Below are positions 56,719 through 64,000 of a DNA stretch of 64,000 nt, one piece after another (position 1 is the stretch's first letter; the number at the start of each line of letters is the position of its first letter). Made by a program: the position numbers and the translations under genes. Under the pieces are notes generated by a model. The model saw only the letters and a list, made by a program, of their open reading frames with translations, was not told where the DNA came from and ran no database searches. The stretch comes from an uncultured Thermoleophilia bacterium (GTDB taxonomy: Bacteria; Actinomycetota; Thermoleophilia; Gaiellales; Gaiellaceae), in contig CAVRLG010000001.1 of the NCBI GenBank assembly GCA_963722035.1, positions 8,703 through 72,702 on the forward strand, given 5' to 3'.

Positions 56719-58553
56719 GGCCTTGCGGCCTCGACCGGCTCGGGGCTCGAGAACTCGACGTGCCGACGGACGATTCGGCACGGGACGCCGGCGGCCTCGG
56801 ATGCGTGTACGACCGCATCGAGGCGATCCTGTGCGGCCGCCGGGATAGTCACGAGCACCTCGTCGGCCCGAGTGCTCGCAATCGCGCGATCCGCTTCGTC
56901 CAGGCTGCCGACGACGCTGATCCCGAGGATGCGCCGCCTGCGCACGCGTGGGTTGTCGTCCAGGAAGCCGACTACTCTCGCCTCTCGGCCCTCGCGCAGC
57001 TCCCGCGCCAGTCCGCGTCCTGCGCGACCCGCGCCGGCGATGAGTACCCGGCGTCGATCTCCGCGGTGACCTCGCGCCTCGGGGAGGAGACGAAGCGTCA
57101 AGCGCGAGCCCCCGACGAGCAGCGTGCACAGGATCGCATCGACGACGAAGATCTCCACTGCCGGGAATGACCCGATCGGGCGAAGTGCGATGAGGACGAC
57201 GTAGGCGACAAGCGAAGATCCGATGCACCCGACGGCGATGGGGAGGACATCTCGTGCGGTCGCGAAGCGCCACACCCGCCGGTAGACGCCAAGAGCGACG
57301 AAGAACACGTACCGCGAGGCGAGAAGGATCGGCAGTGCGGAGAGGTAGACCGAGCGCTCGAAGTCCGTTCCGGTTCCCTCTACTGCAAGCAGATACGCAG
57401 CGAGGAACGAGCTGCAGATGAGCACGAAGTCGACGAACACCTCGAGCAGCCGACGGGGCTCGAACACGAGCGCTCGCCATAGCGACGGCTCCGGACCCTC
57501 GGCGCCGCGGCGGGAACGCTCCTCGAGATCGCTCAGAAAGCTGCCGAACTGGACGAGCAGGACGAACGTCACGAGCACTCCGATCGCGGTCAGGCGACCG
57601 TTGTCGAGGACGTTGTACGCGAGCGCGGTTGCGCCGATGGCCGACGACACGATGGCAAGCAGAAGCACGGCTTTCGTCTCGGAGAGCCCGTAGTACACGA
57701 GGCGGTGTGACGTGTGATCGCGTCCTCCCTGTGTCACGGGCCGTTTCTCCACCAGCCGCGCGATCGTCACGAGCGTCGTGTCGAGGATCGGGATTGCGAG
57801 TACGAGCAGCGGGAGGAGGATCGTCGCGACCGTGGTTCCGGCCACGGTCCAGCTCGCCGCGAGTGCAAGCGAGGCGAGACCGAAGCCGAGCACCTGGGCG
57901 CCGGAGTCGCCCATGAACACCACTGCTCCGCGACGAGGCCGCAGGTTGAAAGGGAGGAACCCTCCACATGCGAGCCCGAGCGCCAGCGCGAGCACCAGGA
58001 TCGTCTCGTTCTCGTGCTCGGTGAGCGCGTCGATCGCGAAGTAGCCGCAAGAGACGATCGCGAGCGTCGCCGCGAGGCCGTCCATGTTGTCGAGGAGGTT
58101 GAACGCGTTCGTGATCCCGACGAGCCAGAGGAGACCGATTGCCCAGGCAAGGATGTCGTTGCCGACGATCTCGACGTTCAACCCGCTTGCGAGCACGATG
58201 ACCGCAGCCGCGGTCTGGGCAAAGAGCTTCGCGATCGGGCTCAGGTGGCGGAGGTCGTCGACGAGTCCGACGACGAAAACGAGCGTGACGCCGGCGAGGA
58301 TCCCGCCGAGCTCGCCGCTCCACTCGACCGCGCCGATCGCGAGCGCGAGCAGGATCCCTCCGACGAAGCCGGCGAAGATGCCGACGCCGCCGAAGGTCGG
58401 GGTCGGCTGCTCGTGCCAGCGCTCGTCCGTCGGAACAGCGACGAGCCGCCCGCCGGCCGGCGAGCGGAGGAGGAGCCAGAGAACCGCGACCGTAAGAGGG
58501 AACGCGGCGACCGCGACGATCGCATCCACAGCTTGAGAAGGGTAGTCGAGCAT
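56715..58553 (-). CDS. WecA/MraY-family polyprenyl-phosphate HexNAc-1-phosphate transferase fused to a C-terminal TM + Rossmann-like (CoA_binding_3/CapD-N-like) module
   Basis: Intact 612-aa ORF. VVGLVDDLRHL, ITNAFNLLDNMDGLA and VFMGDSGAQVLGF are PNPT motifs. After about residue 340 come four more helices, then RRVLIAGAGRAGRGLARELREGREARVVGFLDDNP...ADEVLVTIP. Confidence 0.85.
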   Translation of the reverse strand: MLDYPSQAVDAIVAVAAFPLTVAVLWLLLRSPAGGRLVAVPTDERWHEQPTPTFGGVGIFAGFVGGILLALAIGAVEWSGELGGILAGVTLVFVVGLVDDLRHLSPIAKLFAQTAAAVIVLASGLNVEIVGNDILAWAIGLLWLVGITNAFNLLDNMDGLAATLAIVSCGYFAIDALTEHENETILVLALALGLACGGFLPFNLRPRRGAVVFMGDSGAQVLGFGLASLALAASWTVAGTTVATILLPLLVLAIPILDTTLVTIARLVEKRPVTQGGRDHTSHRLVYYGLSETKAVLLLAIVSSAIGATALAYNVLDNGRLTAIGVLVTFVLLVQFGSFLSDLEERSRRGAEGPEPSLWRALVFEPRRLLEVFVDFVLICSSFLAAYLLAVEGTGTDFERSVYLSALPILLASRYVFFVALGVYRRVWRFATARDVLPIAVGCIGSSLVAYVVLIALRPIGSFPAVEIFVVDAILCTLLVGGSRLTLRLLPEARGHRGDRRRVLIAGAGRAGRGLARELREGREARVVGFLDDNPRVRRRRILGISVVGSLDEADRAIASTRADEVLVTIPAAAQDRLDAVVHASEAAGVPCRIVRRHVEFSSPEPVEAARP

Positions 58554-58576
58554 CCCGTCGACTTAGACTCTTCGCG

Positions 58577-59377
58577 ATGTCCGTTTACGCCGACGTAATC
58601 CGCTACCGCGAGCTTTTCGGCAGCCTGTTCCGGCGCGACATCCGGGCGAAGTACCGAGGCTCGTTCCTCGGGCTCGGCTGGTCGCTTCTCCACCCGCTCG
58701 TGCTCATGCTCGTCTACCTGCTCGTTTTCTCCGTGCTCTGGCGGGTTGCGGAGGTCGGAAGCGACGACTACTGGCTCTTCCTCCTCTGCGGGCTTCCCGC
58801 CTGGGTCTTCTTCGCTACCGCCGCGCAGGCCTCGTCGCGGAGCCTGCTCGAGAACGCGAATCTCATCCGCAAGGTGCGCTTCCCACGTCAACTCGTGCCG
58901 CTCTCGATCGTCGGCACGAACCTCGTCTCGTTTGGCGTGATGCTCGGCGTCGTCGTCGTGCTGAGCCTCTGGCAGGTTCCCGAGGCGCGCGCGACAGTCT
59001 GGCTAGCGTTCCCGCTCGGGGCCCTCTTCGCATGCATCGTCGCCGGGTTCGCACTCACGGTCGCCTCCTTGAACGCCCTCTACCGTGACGTCGAGCACCT
59101 GCTGCAAGCCCTCCTTCTGCCGTGGTTCTTTCTGACGCCGATCCTGTACAGCCTCGAACAGCTTCCCGGGGTGGACGACTATCCGGTCGCGGAGTTCGCT
59201 CTCCATTGGGTGAACTTCTTGACTCCTCCGATCGAGGCAATGCGCGCGGTGTTGTTCTACGGCGATGCCCCTGGTACCGCGGACACGATCTACACTGCCG
59301 CCGCCGCCGCTGTCGCCCTCGCCGTGGGCGCGTACGTCTTCAGCCGCTCTGACGACCGGATCGCGACCGAAGTCTGA
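58577..59377 (+). CDS. wzm: ABC-2 type polysaccharide export permease (Wzm)
   Basis: Intact 266-aa ORF. YRELFGSLFRRDIRAKYRGSFLGLGWSLLHPLVLMLVY, LENANLIRKVRFPRQLVPLS, six TM-like segments. Confidence 0.9.
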   Translation: MSVYADVIRYRELFGSLFRRDIRAKYRGSFLGLGWSLLHPLVLMLVYLLVFSVLWRVAEVGSDDYWLFLLCGLPAWVFFATAAQASSRSLLENANLIRKVRFPRQLVPLSIVGTNLVSFGVMLGVVVVLSLWQVPEARATVWLAFPLGALFACIVAGFALTVASLNALYRDVEHLLQALLLPWFFLTPILYSLEQLPGVDDYPVAEFALHWVNFLTPPIEAMRAVLFYGDAPGTADTIYTAAAAAVALAVGAYVFSRSDDRIATEV

Positions 59378-60164
59378 CGACGACGCGGCCCTCGAAGAGC
59401 CCATCGTTCCCGACGTAGGCAGGGAGGCCCTCGTGAGTCTCCGGCTCGAGCCCGTCGAGCAGAGACGGGAGGAGCAGCGGGCTTCCGAAGCGTGGGTTCC
59501 GTCCACCTCCAGGCGCCCAGGGCGCAAATCGCCGCCGGTCGCCGCGTGATTCCGCAGCGATTGCTCCGCCGACGGCGGCGTACCCCTCCTCGTGCGCGTC
59601 GAGCAGTCGGCGTGACCAGTCGGAGGAAGGAGTCGCTCCAGCAACCAGGTGCGCGACCGCCACCGCTTCATCGTTGACGATCGGCTCTTCCTGCCCGGCG
59701 AGTGCCGCGGCTGTCTGGGGATCAGGCCCGTGGTGAACCTCGACGCCGAGCCGGCGCTCGGAGATGCGCGGCTTCACCTCGACCGGGAGATCCAGCGGCT
59801 TCGATCCGACCTCCTCGAACCAGAAACGCAGTTCCTCGACGAGGTCGAACGCGAGTCGGTAGCTCCCGTACGGTCGGGGCGCGACGACCGTGGACTCGAG
59901 CTCGACCGTCTCGCCCGGCTCGACGACGAGGGGGAACGGCGTGCGCGGGCCGTCCCACACGATCGCGTTGCCGAGCGGGTCGAGCCAGTGGTACGAGAGC
60001 TGCACACCTTCTCGGCCGCGCGAGCGCCACGGCGCGGAGCCCGCGTTCTCGAGGCGTACAAGGGCCTTGCCGGCAACTCCCGCGCGAGGCTCGTCGAGCT
60101 TGTACGCCAGCCAGCGAACCGCGAGCGGCCCGACAGGTACCGGGTGCTCGCCGACGCGCTCCAT
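59340..60164 (-). CDS. Hypothetical protein with an N-terminal Ig-like/beta-sandwich-looking segment
   Basis: ATG 60164. ALVRLENAGSAPWRSRGREGVQLSYHWLDPLGNAIVWDGPRTPFPLVVEPGETVELESTVVAPRPYGSYRLAFDLV. The upstream part of the 649-aa track ORF is antisense to wzt. Confidence 0.6.
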   Translation of the reverse strand: MERVGEHPVPVGPLAVRWLAYKLDEPRAGVAGKALVRLENAGSAPWRSRGREGVQLSYHWLDPLGNAIVWDGPRTPFPLVVEPGETVELESTVVAPRPYGSYRLAFDLVEELRFWFEEVGSKPLDLPVEVKPRISERRLGVEVHHGPDPQTAAALAGQEEPIVNDEAVAVAHLVAGATPSSDWSRRLLDAHEEGYAAVGGAIAAESRGDRRRFAPWAPGGGRNPRFGSPLLLPSLLDGLEPETHEGLPAYVGNDGLFEGRVVVRLRSRSGRQSG

Positions 60165-60188
60165 CGCGAGGGCTAGTGTAGGCCTGCG

Positions 60189-61397
60189 ATGGACCCAGGC
60201 GAGATCAGCGTCGAAGGTGTCTCGCGCCGCTTTCGCATCCACGCTCGCGAGGCCCGGACGCTGAAGGACCTGTTCATCCAGCGCGGGCGCACGCAGGCAA
60301 CCGATGTCTGGGCGCTTCACGACGTCTCCCTCGCTGTGAAGCGTGGAGAGGCGGTCGGGCTCATCGGGCGGAACGGCTCGGGCAAGACGACGCTGCTTCG
60401 ACTCGTCGCCGGGATCATCAAGCCGACCGCCGGGCAGGTGCGAGCCGAGGGCCGGATCGGATCGCTGCTCGAGCTCGGCGCCGGGTTTCACCTCGACTTC
60501 ACCGGGCGCGAGAACGTCTTCCTGAACGGCGCGATCCAGGGCCTCCGCCGGGCCGACATCAGGCAGAGATTCGACGAGATCGTCGCGTTCGCGGAGCTCG
60601 AGCATGCGATCGATCGGCCCGTGCGGACGTACTCGTCGGGGATGACGATGCGGCTCGGCTTCGCGATCGCCGCATTCCTCGACGCGGACATCCTGCTCCT
60701 CGACGAAGTGTTCGCCGTGGGCGACGAGGCGTTCCAGCGCAAGTGCTTCGGTCGCATCTTCGCGTTCAAGCAGGCCGGCGGCACCATTGTCTTCGTCTCG
60801 CACGACGCGTCCGCGGTCGAGCGTCTTTGCGAGCGGTCGGTGTTCCTCGACGTCGGTCGCGTTGCCTTCGACGGCCCCACCCGGGAAGCTGTCACGCGCT
60901 ACAGGCGAGCGCTCGCGGATGACGCGAACCCGGCCGAGCGCGGGGTCGGCCTGCGTGAATGGGGCTCCGGTGAGGCCACCATCGAGTCCGCTGTGCTTGT
61001 CGGAAAAGAGGGCGCAGACCGTCTCCAATTTCTCTCCGGGGAGCCGTTCGTCCTCCAAATCGGTGTCGCCGCGCCGGACGGCGTCCCCCCGCCACGGCTT
61101 CAGCTCGAGCTGCGCGACGATGCCGGGTCGCTCGTCGCCGGCCAGGCGGTCGACCTCCGCGGTTTGGGCTGGGCGGGTGGAAACGGCCGGCGAAGCGTCC
61201 GCTTCGAGATCGGCGAGCTCCCGCTCGCGGACGGCCGGTTCCACCTTCGACTCGGCCTGACGGACGAGAGTGGTGAGCACGTCTACCACTGGCTCGACGA
61301 CGCACTGGTGTTCGTGGTCTATCCGGGGGGCGACGAACGCGGCGTCGTGCGCTTTGAAGGGAGGTGGATGCTGGAAGAGAACTCAGCCACGCGATGA
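60189..61397 (+). CDS. wzt: ABC polysaccharide export ATPase (Wzt) with a C-terminal carbohydrate-binding-type extension
   Basis: Intact 402-aa ORF. Walker A GRNGSGKTT, signature YSSGMTMRL, Walker B ILLLDEVFAVGD. A beta-rich C-terminal domain of about 150 aa. Confidence 0.9.
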   Translation: MDPGEISVEGVSRRFRIHAREARTLKDLFIQRGRTQATDVWALHDVSLAVKRGEAVGLIGRNGSGKTTLLRLVAGIIKPTAGQVRAEGRIGSLLELGAGFHLDFTGRENVFLNGAIQGLRRADIRQRFDEIVAFAELEHAIDRPVRTYSSGMTMRLGFAIAAFLDADILLLDEVFAVGDEAFQRKCFGRIFAFKQAGGTIVFVSHDASAVERLCERSVFLDVGRVAFDGPTREAVTRYRRALADDANPAERGVGLREWGSGEATIESAVLVGKEGADRLQFLSGEPFVLQIGVAAPDGVPPPRLQLELRDDAGSLVAGQAVDLRGLGWAGGNGRRSVRFEIGELPLADGRFHLRLGLTDESGEHVYHWLDDALVFVVYPGGDERGVVRFEGRWMLEENSATR

Positions 61398-61422
61398 GCA
61401 ACGCTCGCCTTCGGCTCGCGTT

Positions 61423-61449
61423 CACGGGGGAAACCATGTTTCCCCCGTG
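61423..61449 (+). terminator. Candidate intrinsic terminator after wzt
   Basis: Perfect 12-bp stem CACGGGGGAAAC / GTTTCCCCCGTG with loop CAT, followed by TGCCCCCTTCTTTCTGAG, 26 nt after the wzt stop. Confidence 0.55.
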
Positions 61450-61527
61450 TGCCCCCTTCTTTCTGAGAACATGGGGAACCTCCCGGTTCCCCACACCCCT
61501 CCACACTCATCGGCTCGAGAACAGCCG

Positions 61528-61812
61528 ATGAGTGCGCGCACCTGTCCGGACTGGCCGGAGCTCATGGAGCTCGCGCCCGACCTCCAGTTCAAGCACTACA
61601 CCGTGGCAGAGGCGCAACTTCCGGCCGATGCGCTCTCGCAGATCTCGCACGTTTCGCTCAGCGAAGTCGAGATCTGCTGCGATCTCGAGCATCACGTCTT
61701 CAACGCAGAGCACACCGATGCCCAGGTGTGCGAAGGCCTGCGCGCATCGCACTGGTACGACGTTCGCGAGTGGGCGACCTCGGGCCCCGGCACGTCCTCG
61801 AACGCCGCCTGA
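61528..61812 (+). CDS. Small hypothetical protein (94 aa, Cys/His-containing)
   Basis: ATG 61528. MSARTCPDWPELMELAPDLQFKHYTVAEAQLPADAL...EICCDLEHHVFNAEHTDAQVCEGL. GC3-rich codons. No family recognised and no obvious Shine-Dalgarno. Confidence 0.45.
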   Translation: MSARTCPDWPELMELAPDLQFKHYTVAEAQLPADALSQISHVSLSEVEICCDLEHHVFNAEHTDAQVCEGLRASHWYDVREWATSGPGTSSNAA

Positions 61813-61838
61813 CGGCGCAGGCCGCCACGCCAGGGAAG

Positions 61839-62399
61839 GTGAGTACGCTTCAGCGCGTGCCGACGATCGTGATCCCTTACCGCGGCGACGCGAAGCAGCG
61901 GCTGTCCTCTCCGATTCGCGCCGCAGCGGCCGTGGCCATGTTGGGGGACGTCGTGGCGGCAAGTCTCGAGGTCGGTCGCGTTCTCGTCGTGACCGACGAT
62001 CGCGCTGTTGTTCCCTCGGGCATCGAGGTCATCGACGATCCTGGAGACGGTCTCGGCCCCGCTGTGCAGGCGGGGCTAGCGGAGGCCGAGGGCCACGTGC
62101 TCGTCATCAACGCCGACCTCCCCTGTGCAACGCCTGCCGCGCTTCGCGAGCTCGCGTCGCACGGACTCGCTCTCGTCGAGGCCGACGATGGAACGACGAA
62201 TGCGCTCTCGCTTCCCGATCCGAGCGTTTTCGCCCCGCTCTACGGGCCCGGAAGCGCACAGCGGTTTCGTGCGCACGCGCCCTTCGTCACGGCCAGGATC
62301 CCGGAGCTCGAAGTCGACGTCGACACCGACGCCAATCTCGAACGCCTCCCTTCACTTGTGGGTCCTCGAACGCGCGCACTCCTCGCCGTTCCGGCGTGA
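61839..62399 (+). CDS. cofC: 2-phospho-L-lactate (or PEP) guanylyltransferase, F420 biosynthesis
   Basis: VPTIVIPYRGDAKQRLS, VLVVTDD, LVINADLPCATPAALREL, DGTTNALSL. Start is GTG 61839 or GTG 61857 (GGGAAGG upstream). Confidence 0.8.
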   Translation: MSTLQRVPTIVIPYRGDAKQRLSSPIRAAAAVAMLGDVVAASLEVGRVLVVTDDRAVVPSGIEVIDDPGDGLGPAVQAGLAEAEGHVLVINADLPCATPAALRELASHGLALVEADDGTTNALSLPDPSVFAPLYGPGSAQRFRAHAPFVTARIPELEVDVDTDANLERLPSLVGPRTRALLAVPA

Positions 62400-63310
62400 A
62401 GGTCGTCCTCCTCTCGGGAGGTGGCGGGGGCGCTCGCTTCGCACGCGGCCTCGACGACGCGCTCGAACCTGGTGAGCTCACGGTCGTCGGCAACGTCGGC
62501 GACGACCTGGAGATCCTCGGAGTCTCCGTCTCGCCCGATCTCGACAGCCTCCTCTACATGCTCGCCGGTCTGATCGACGAGGACCGCGGCTGGGGCCGTG
62601 CGGGAGAGACATGGAACGCGCTCGCTTCGGTCGACGCCTGGGGAGGGGAGAGCTGGTTTCGGCTCGGCGACCTCGATCTCGGGCTCCATCTCGTGCGCAC
62701 GTCGGCGCTGCGGGAAGGAGTCGCACTCTCGGAGATCACGGCGCAGCTCTCCTCTCGAGTCGGGCTCCAGAGTCGGATCGTTCCTGCGACCGACGGCAGG
62801 CTCAGAACGGACGTCGTGACTCCTGCAGGCACCTTCCCGTTCCAGGAGTGGTTCGTCGGCCGAGGCCACCGCGACGAGGTCGACGCGGTGGAGTACGAGG
62901 GTGCAGACGAGGCGGAAGCGGCGCCCGGCGTGCTCGAAGTGCTCGACGTTGCCGACGCGATCTTGCTCGCCCCCAGTAACCCGTATCTCTCGATCTGGCC
63001 GATCCTCGCCGTCGAGGCGATCCGGGAGGCGATCGAGCATCGCAAGACGCGCTGCGTCGCGGTCAGCCCGCTCGTCGGTGGAGCGGCGGTAACCGGACCG
63101 GCCGGCCGTATGCTCTCTCGAATGGCGGGAGGCACCAGTCCGCGCCATGTAGCGGACCGCTACGAAGGCCTCATAGATGCCCTCGTGATCGACGAAACCG
63201 ACGCGCCGGCCGAAGCCTCCGTTGAGCTGATGGTCACGCAAACCCTGATGGGGGACCGCGAATCGGCACGACGCCTCGCGGAGGACGTATTGGAGGCGGC
63301 GTGCGGGTAG
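62396..63310 (+). CDS. cofD: 2-phospho-L-lactate transferase, F420 biosynthesis
   Basis: GTG 62396 with GTGA overlap. KVVLLSGGGGGARFARGL, GNVGDDLEILGVSVSPDLDSLLYMLAG, WFRLGDLDLGLHLVRT, APSNPYLSIWPIL. Confidence 0.9.
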   Translation: MKVVLLSGGGGGARFARGLDDALEPGELTVVGNVGDDLEILGVSVSPDLDSLLYMLAGLIDEDRGWGRAGETWNALASVDAWGGESWFRLGDLDLGLHLVRTSALREGVALSEITAQLSSRVGLQSRIVPATDGRLRTDVVTPAGTFPFQEWFVGRGHRDEVDAVEYEGADEAEAAPGVLEVLDVADAILLAPSNPYLSIWPILAVEAIREAIEHRKTRCVAVSPLVGGAAVTGPAGRMLSRMAGGTSPRHVADRYEGLIDALVIDETDAPAEASVELMVTQTLMGDRESARRLAEDVLEAACG

Positions 63311-63921
63311 CCGTAGTCGGTGGAACAGGACCGTTCGGAACGGCACTGGCGATTCGGCTGCATGAGGCCGGCCTCGATGTCGTCATCGGCTCGCGCGACC
63401 GAGATCGAGCGGCCGCTGCCGCGGCCGATCTCGGCGTCGAAGGTGCCACGAACGACGACGCGGTTCGGGCAGCTGACCTCGTCGTTCTCGCCGTGAAAGC
63501 GGACGCCGCGCTCGAAACTGCCCGCGAGCTCCGTAGCGCGATCGGCAGGACGCCGGTCCTCTCCGTCGCTTCCGAAATTCGCTTCACGCCTCGAGGCGTG
63601 CTGCCATCCCCGGACGGAGCTTCGCTCGCCGAGAGGCTGCAGGAAGAGCTGGACGCGCCGGTACTTGCCGGCCTTCACTCGCTCGCGGCCGCAAGCCTGA
63701 GCGGAGAGGAGCCGCCGGACGAGGACGCCTTCGTCTGTGGAGACGACGCCCACGCCAAGACGCTCGCACTCGATCTTGCGAGCAGGGTGATCTCAGGACG
63801 TGCGCTCGACGCGGGGCCGCTCGCGAGCGCTCGTGCTCTCGAGGGGCTCACGGCGGTCATCGTCAACTTGAACAAGCGCTACCGAGCGCACGCCGGCATC
63901 CGGGTCACCGGGATCTCTTGA
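63301..63921 (+). CDS. npdG: NADPH-dependent F420 reductase
   Basis: MRVAVVGGTGPFGTALAIRL (Rossmann), VVLAVKADAALE, VCGDDAHAKTLALDLA, LTAVIVNLNKRY. Confidence 0.85.
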   Translation: MRVAVVGGTGPFGTALAIRLHEAGLDVVIGSRDRDRAAAAAADLGVEGATNDDAVRAADLVVLAVKADAALETARELRSAIGRTPVLSVASEIRFTPRGVLPSPDGASLAERLQEELDAPVLAGLHSLAAASLSGEEPPDEDAFVCGDDAHAKTLALDLASRVISGRALDAGPLASARALEGLTAVIVNLNKRYRAHAGIRVTGIS

Positions 63922-64000
63922 CGGCGGAGATTCGCGTCATCCCGCTCCTCGGCATCCCGGAGCTCGAAGAGGGCGACGATCTCCCGAGGCTGCTCGTCGA
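63918..64000 (+). CDS. cofE: F420-0:gamma-glutamyl ligase, N-terminal fragment (continues past the window)
   Basis: TTG 63918 overlaps the npdG stop (TTGA). LTAEIRVIPLLGIPELEEGDDLPRLLV resembles CofE/FbiB N-termini. Only 27 codons are visible. Confidence 0.5.
   Translation, partial: MTAEIRVIPLLGIPELEEGDDLPRLLV

Noticed and set aside
56719-58323. N-terminal ~535 aa of the 1261-aa minus-strand ORF 54538..58323
   Set aside because: It is an alternate frame of the WecA-like gene (56715..58553), which has clear PNPT motifs. The GT-C gene has its own GTG at 56718 overlapping the WecA-like stop.
60165-61289. N-terminal part of the 649-aa minus-strand ORF 59340..61289, and likewise 41300..42313 of the 835-aa plus ORF
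   Set aside because: These regions are antisense to wzt and to the 4,6-dehydratase respectively. The recognisable proteins begin at internal starts (60164 and 42314).
1-64000. Search for CRISPR arrays, tRNA/rRNA genes, transposases, integrases, phage genes and toxin-antitoxin or defence modules
   Set aside because: I could find no direct-repeat/spacer arrays, no cloverleaf-like or rRNA-like segments, and no ORF with transposase, integrase, nuclease or defence-type motifs. The only interspersed repeat is the three-copy palindromic element.

Overview
Very GC-rich DNA (by eye about 70% G+C, strong GC3 bias, many long antisense shadow ORFs), most consistent with an actinobacterium-like genome. 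Positions 1-61.4 kb form one very large cell-surface glycan biosynthesis super-locus. It holds about 30 glycosyltransferase genes: GT2, GT4-type, one CgeB-like, and four GT-C-type polytopic membrane proteins. It has three different initiating transferases: a small PglC-like one, a large WbaP-like one, and a WecA/MraY-like fusion. It also encodes Wzx-like and MurJ-like flippases, a Wzy/O-antigen-ligase-like protein, a Wzz-like co-polymerase and a Wzm/Wzt ABC exporter. Nucleotide-sugar enzymes are a UDP-xylose synthase, a 4,6-dehydratase plus GDP-fucose synthase, and two epimerases. Tailoring enzymes are three methyltransferases, a GNAT, an ATP-grasp enzyme, a CE4 deacetylase, a PhyH-like dioxygenase, a cupin and a Nudix hydrolase. 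Positions 61.8-64 kb carry coenzyme F420 genes (cofC-cofD-npdG-cofE). Same-strand genes are mostly joined by ATGA/GTGA start-stop overlaps. I saw no rRNA, tRNA, CRISPR array, transposase or integrase. Four things stand out. (1) A roughly 165-nt palindromic intergenic element occurs three times (13.8, 31.1 and 40.1 kb), and sequence differences between copies are compensated in the paired arms. (2) About 21 frameshift-like disruptions affect about 15 genes. They are clustered and mostly look like an extra base, so they could be real decay or assembly indels. (3) There are unusual domain fusions and gene arrangements: a WecA-like protein fused to a Rossmann module, a GT2-GT4 fusion, a chimeric GNAT/GT4 reading frame, and wzm and wzt split by an opposite-strand gene. 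(4) A perfect 19-bp inverted repeat brackets a 178-bp spacer in a divergent promoter region. All family calls come from motif recognition by eye; no database search was run.
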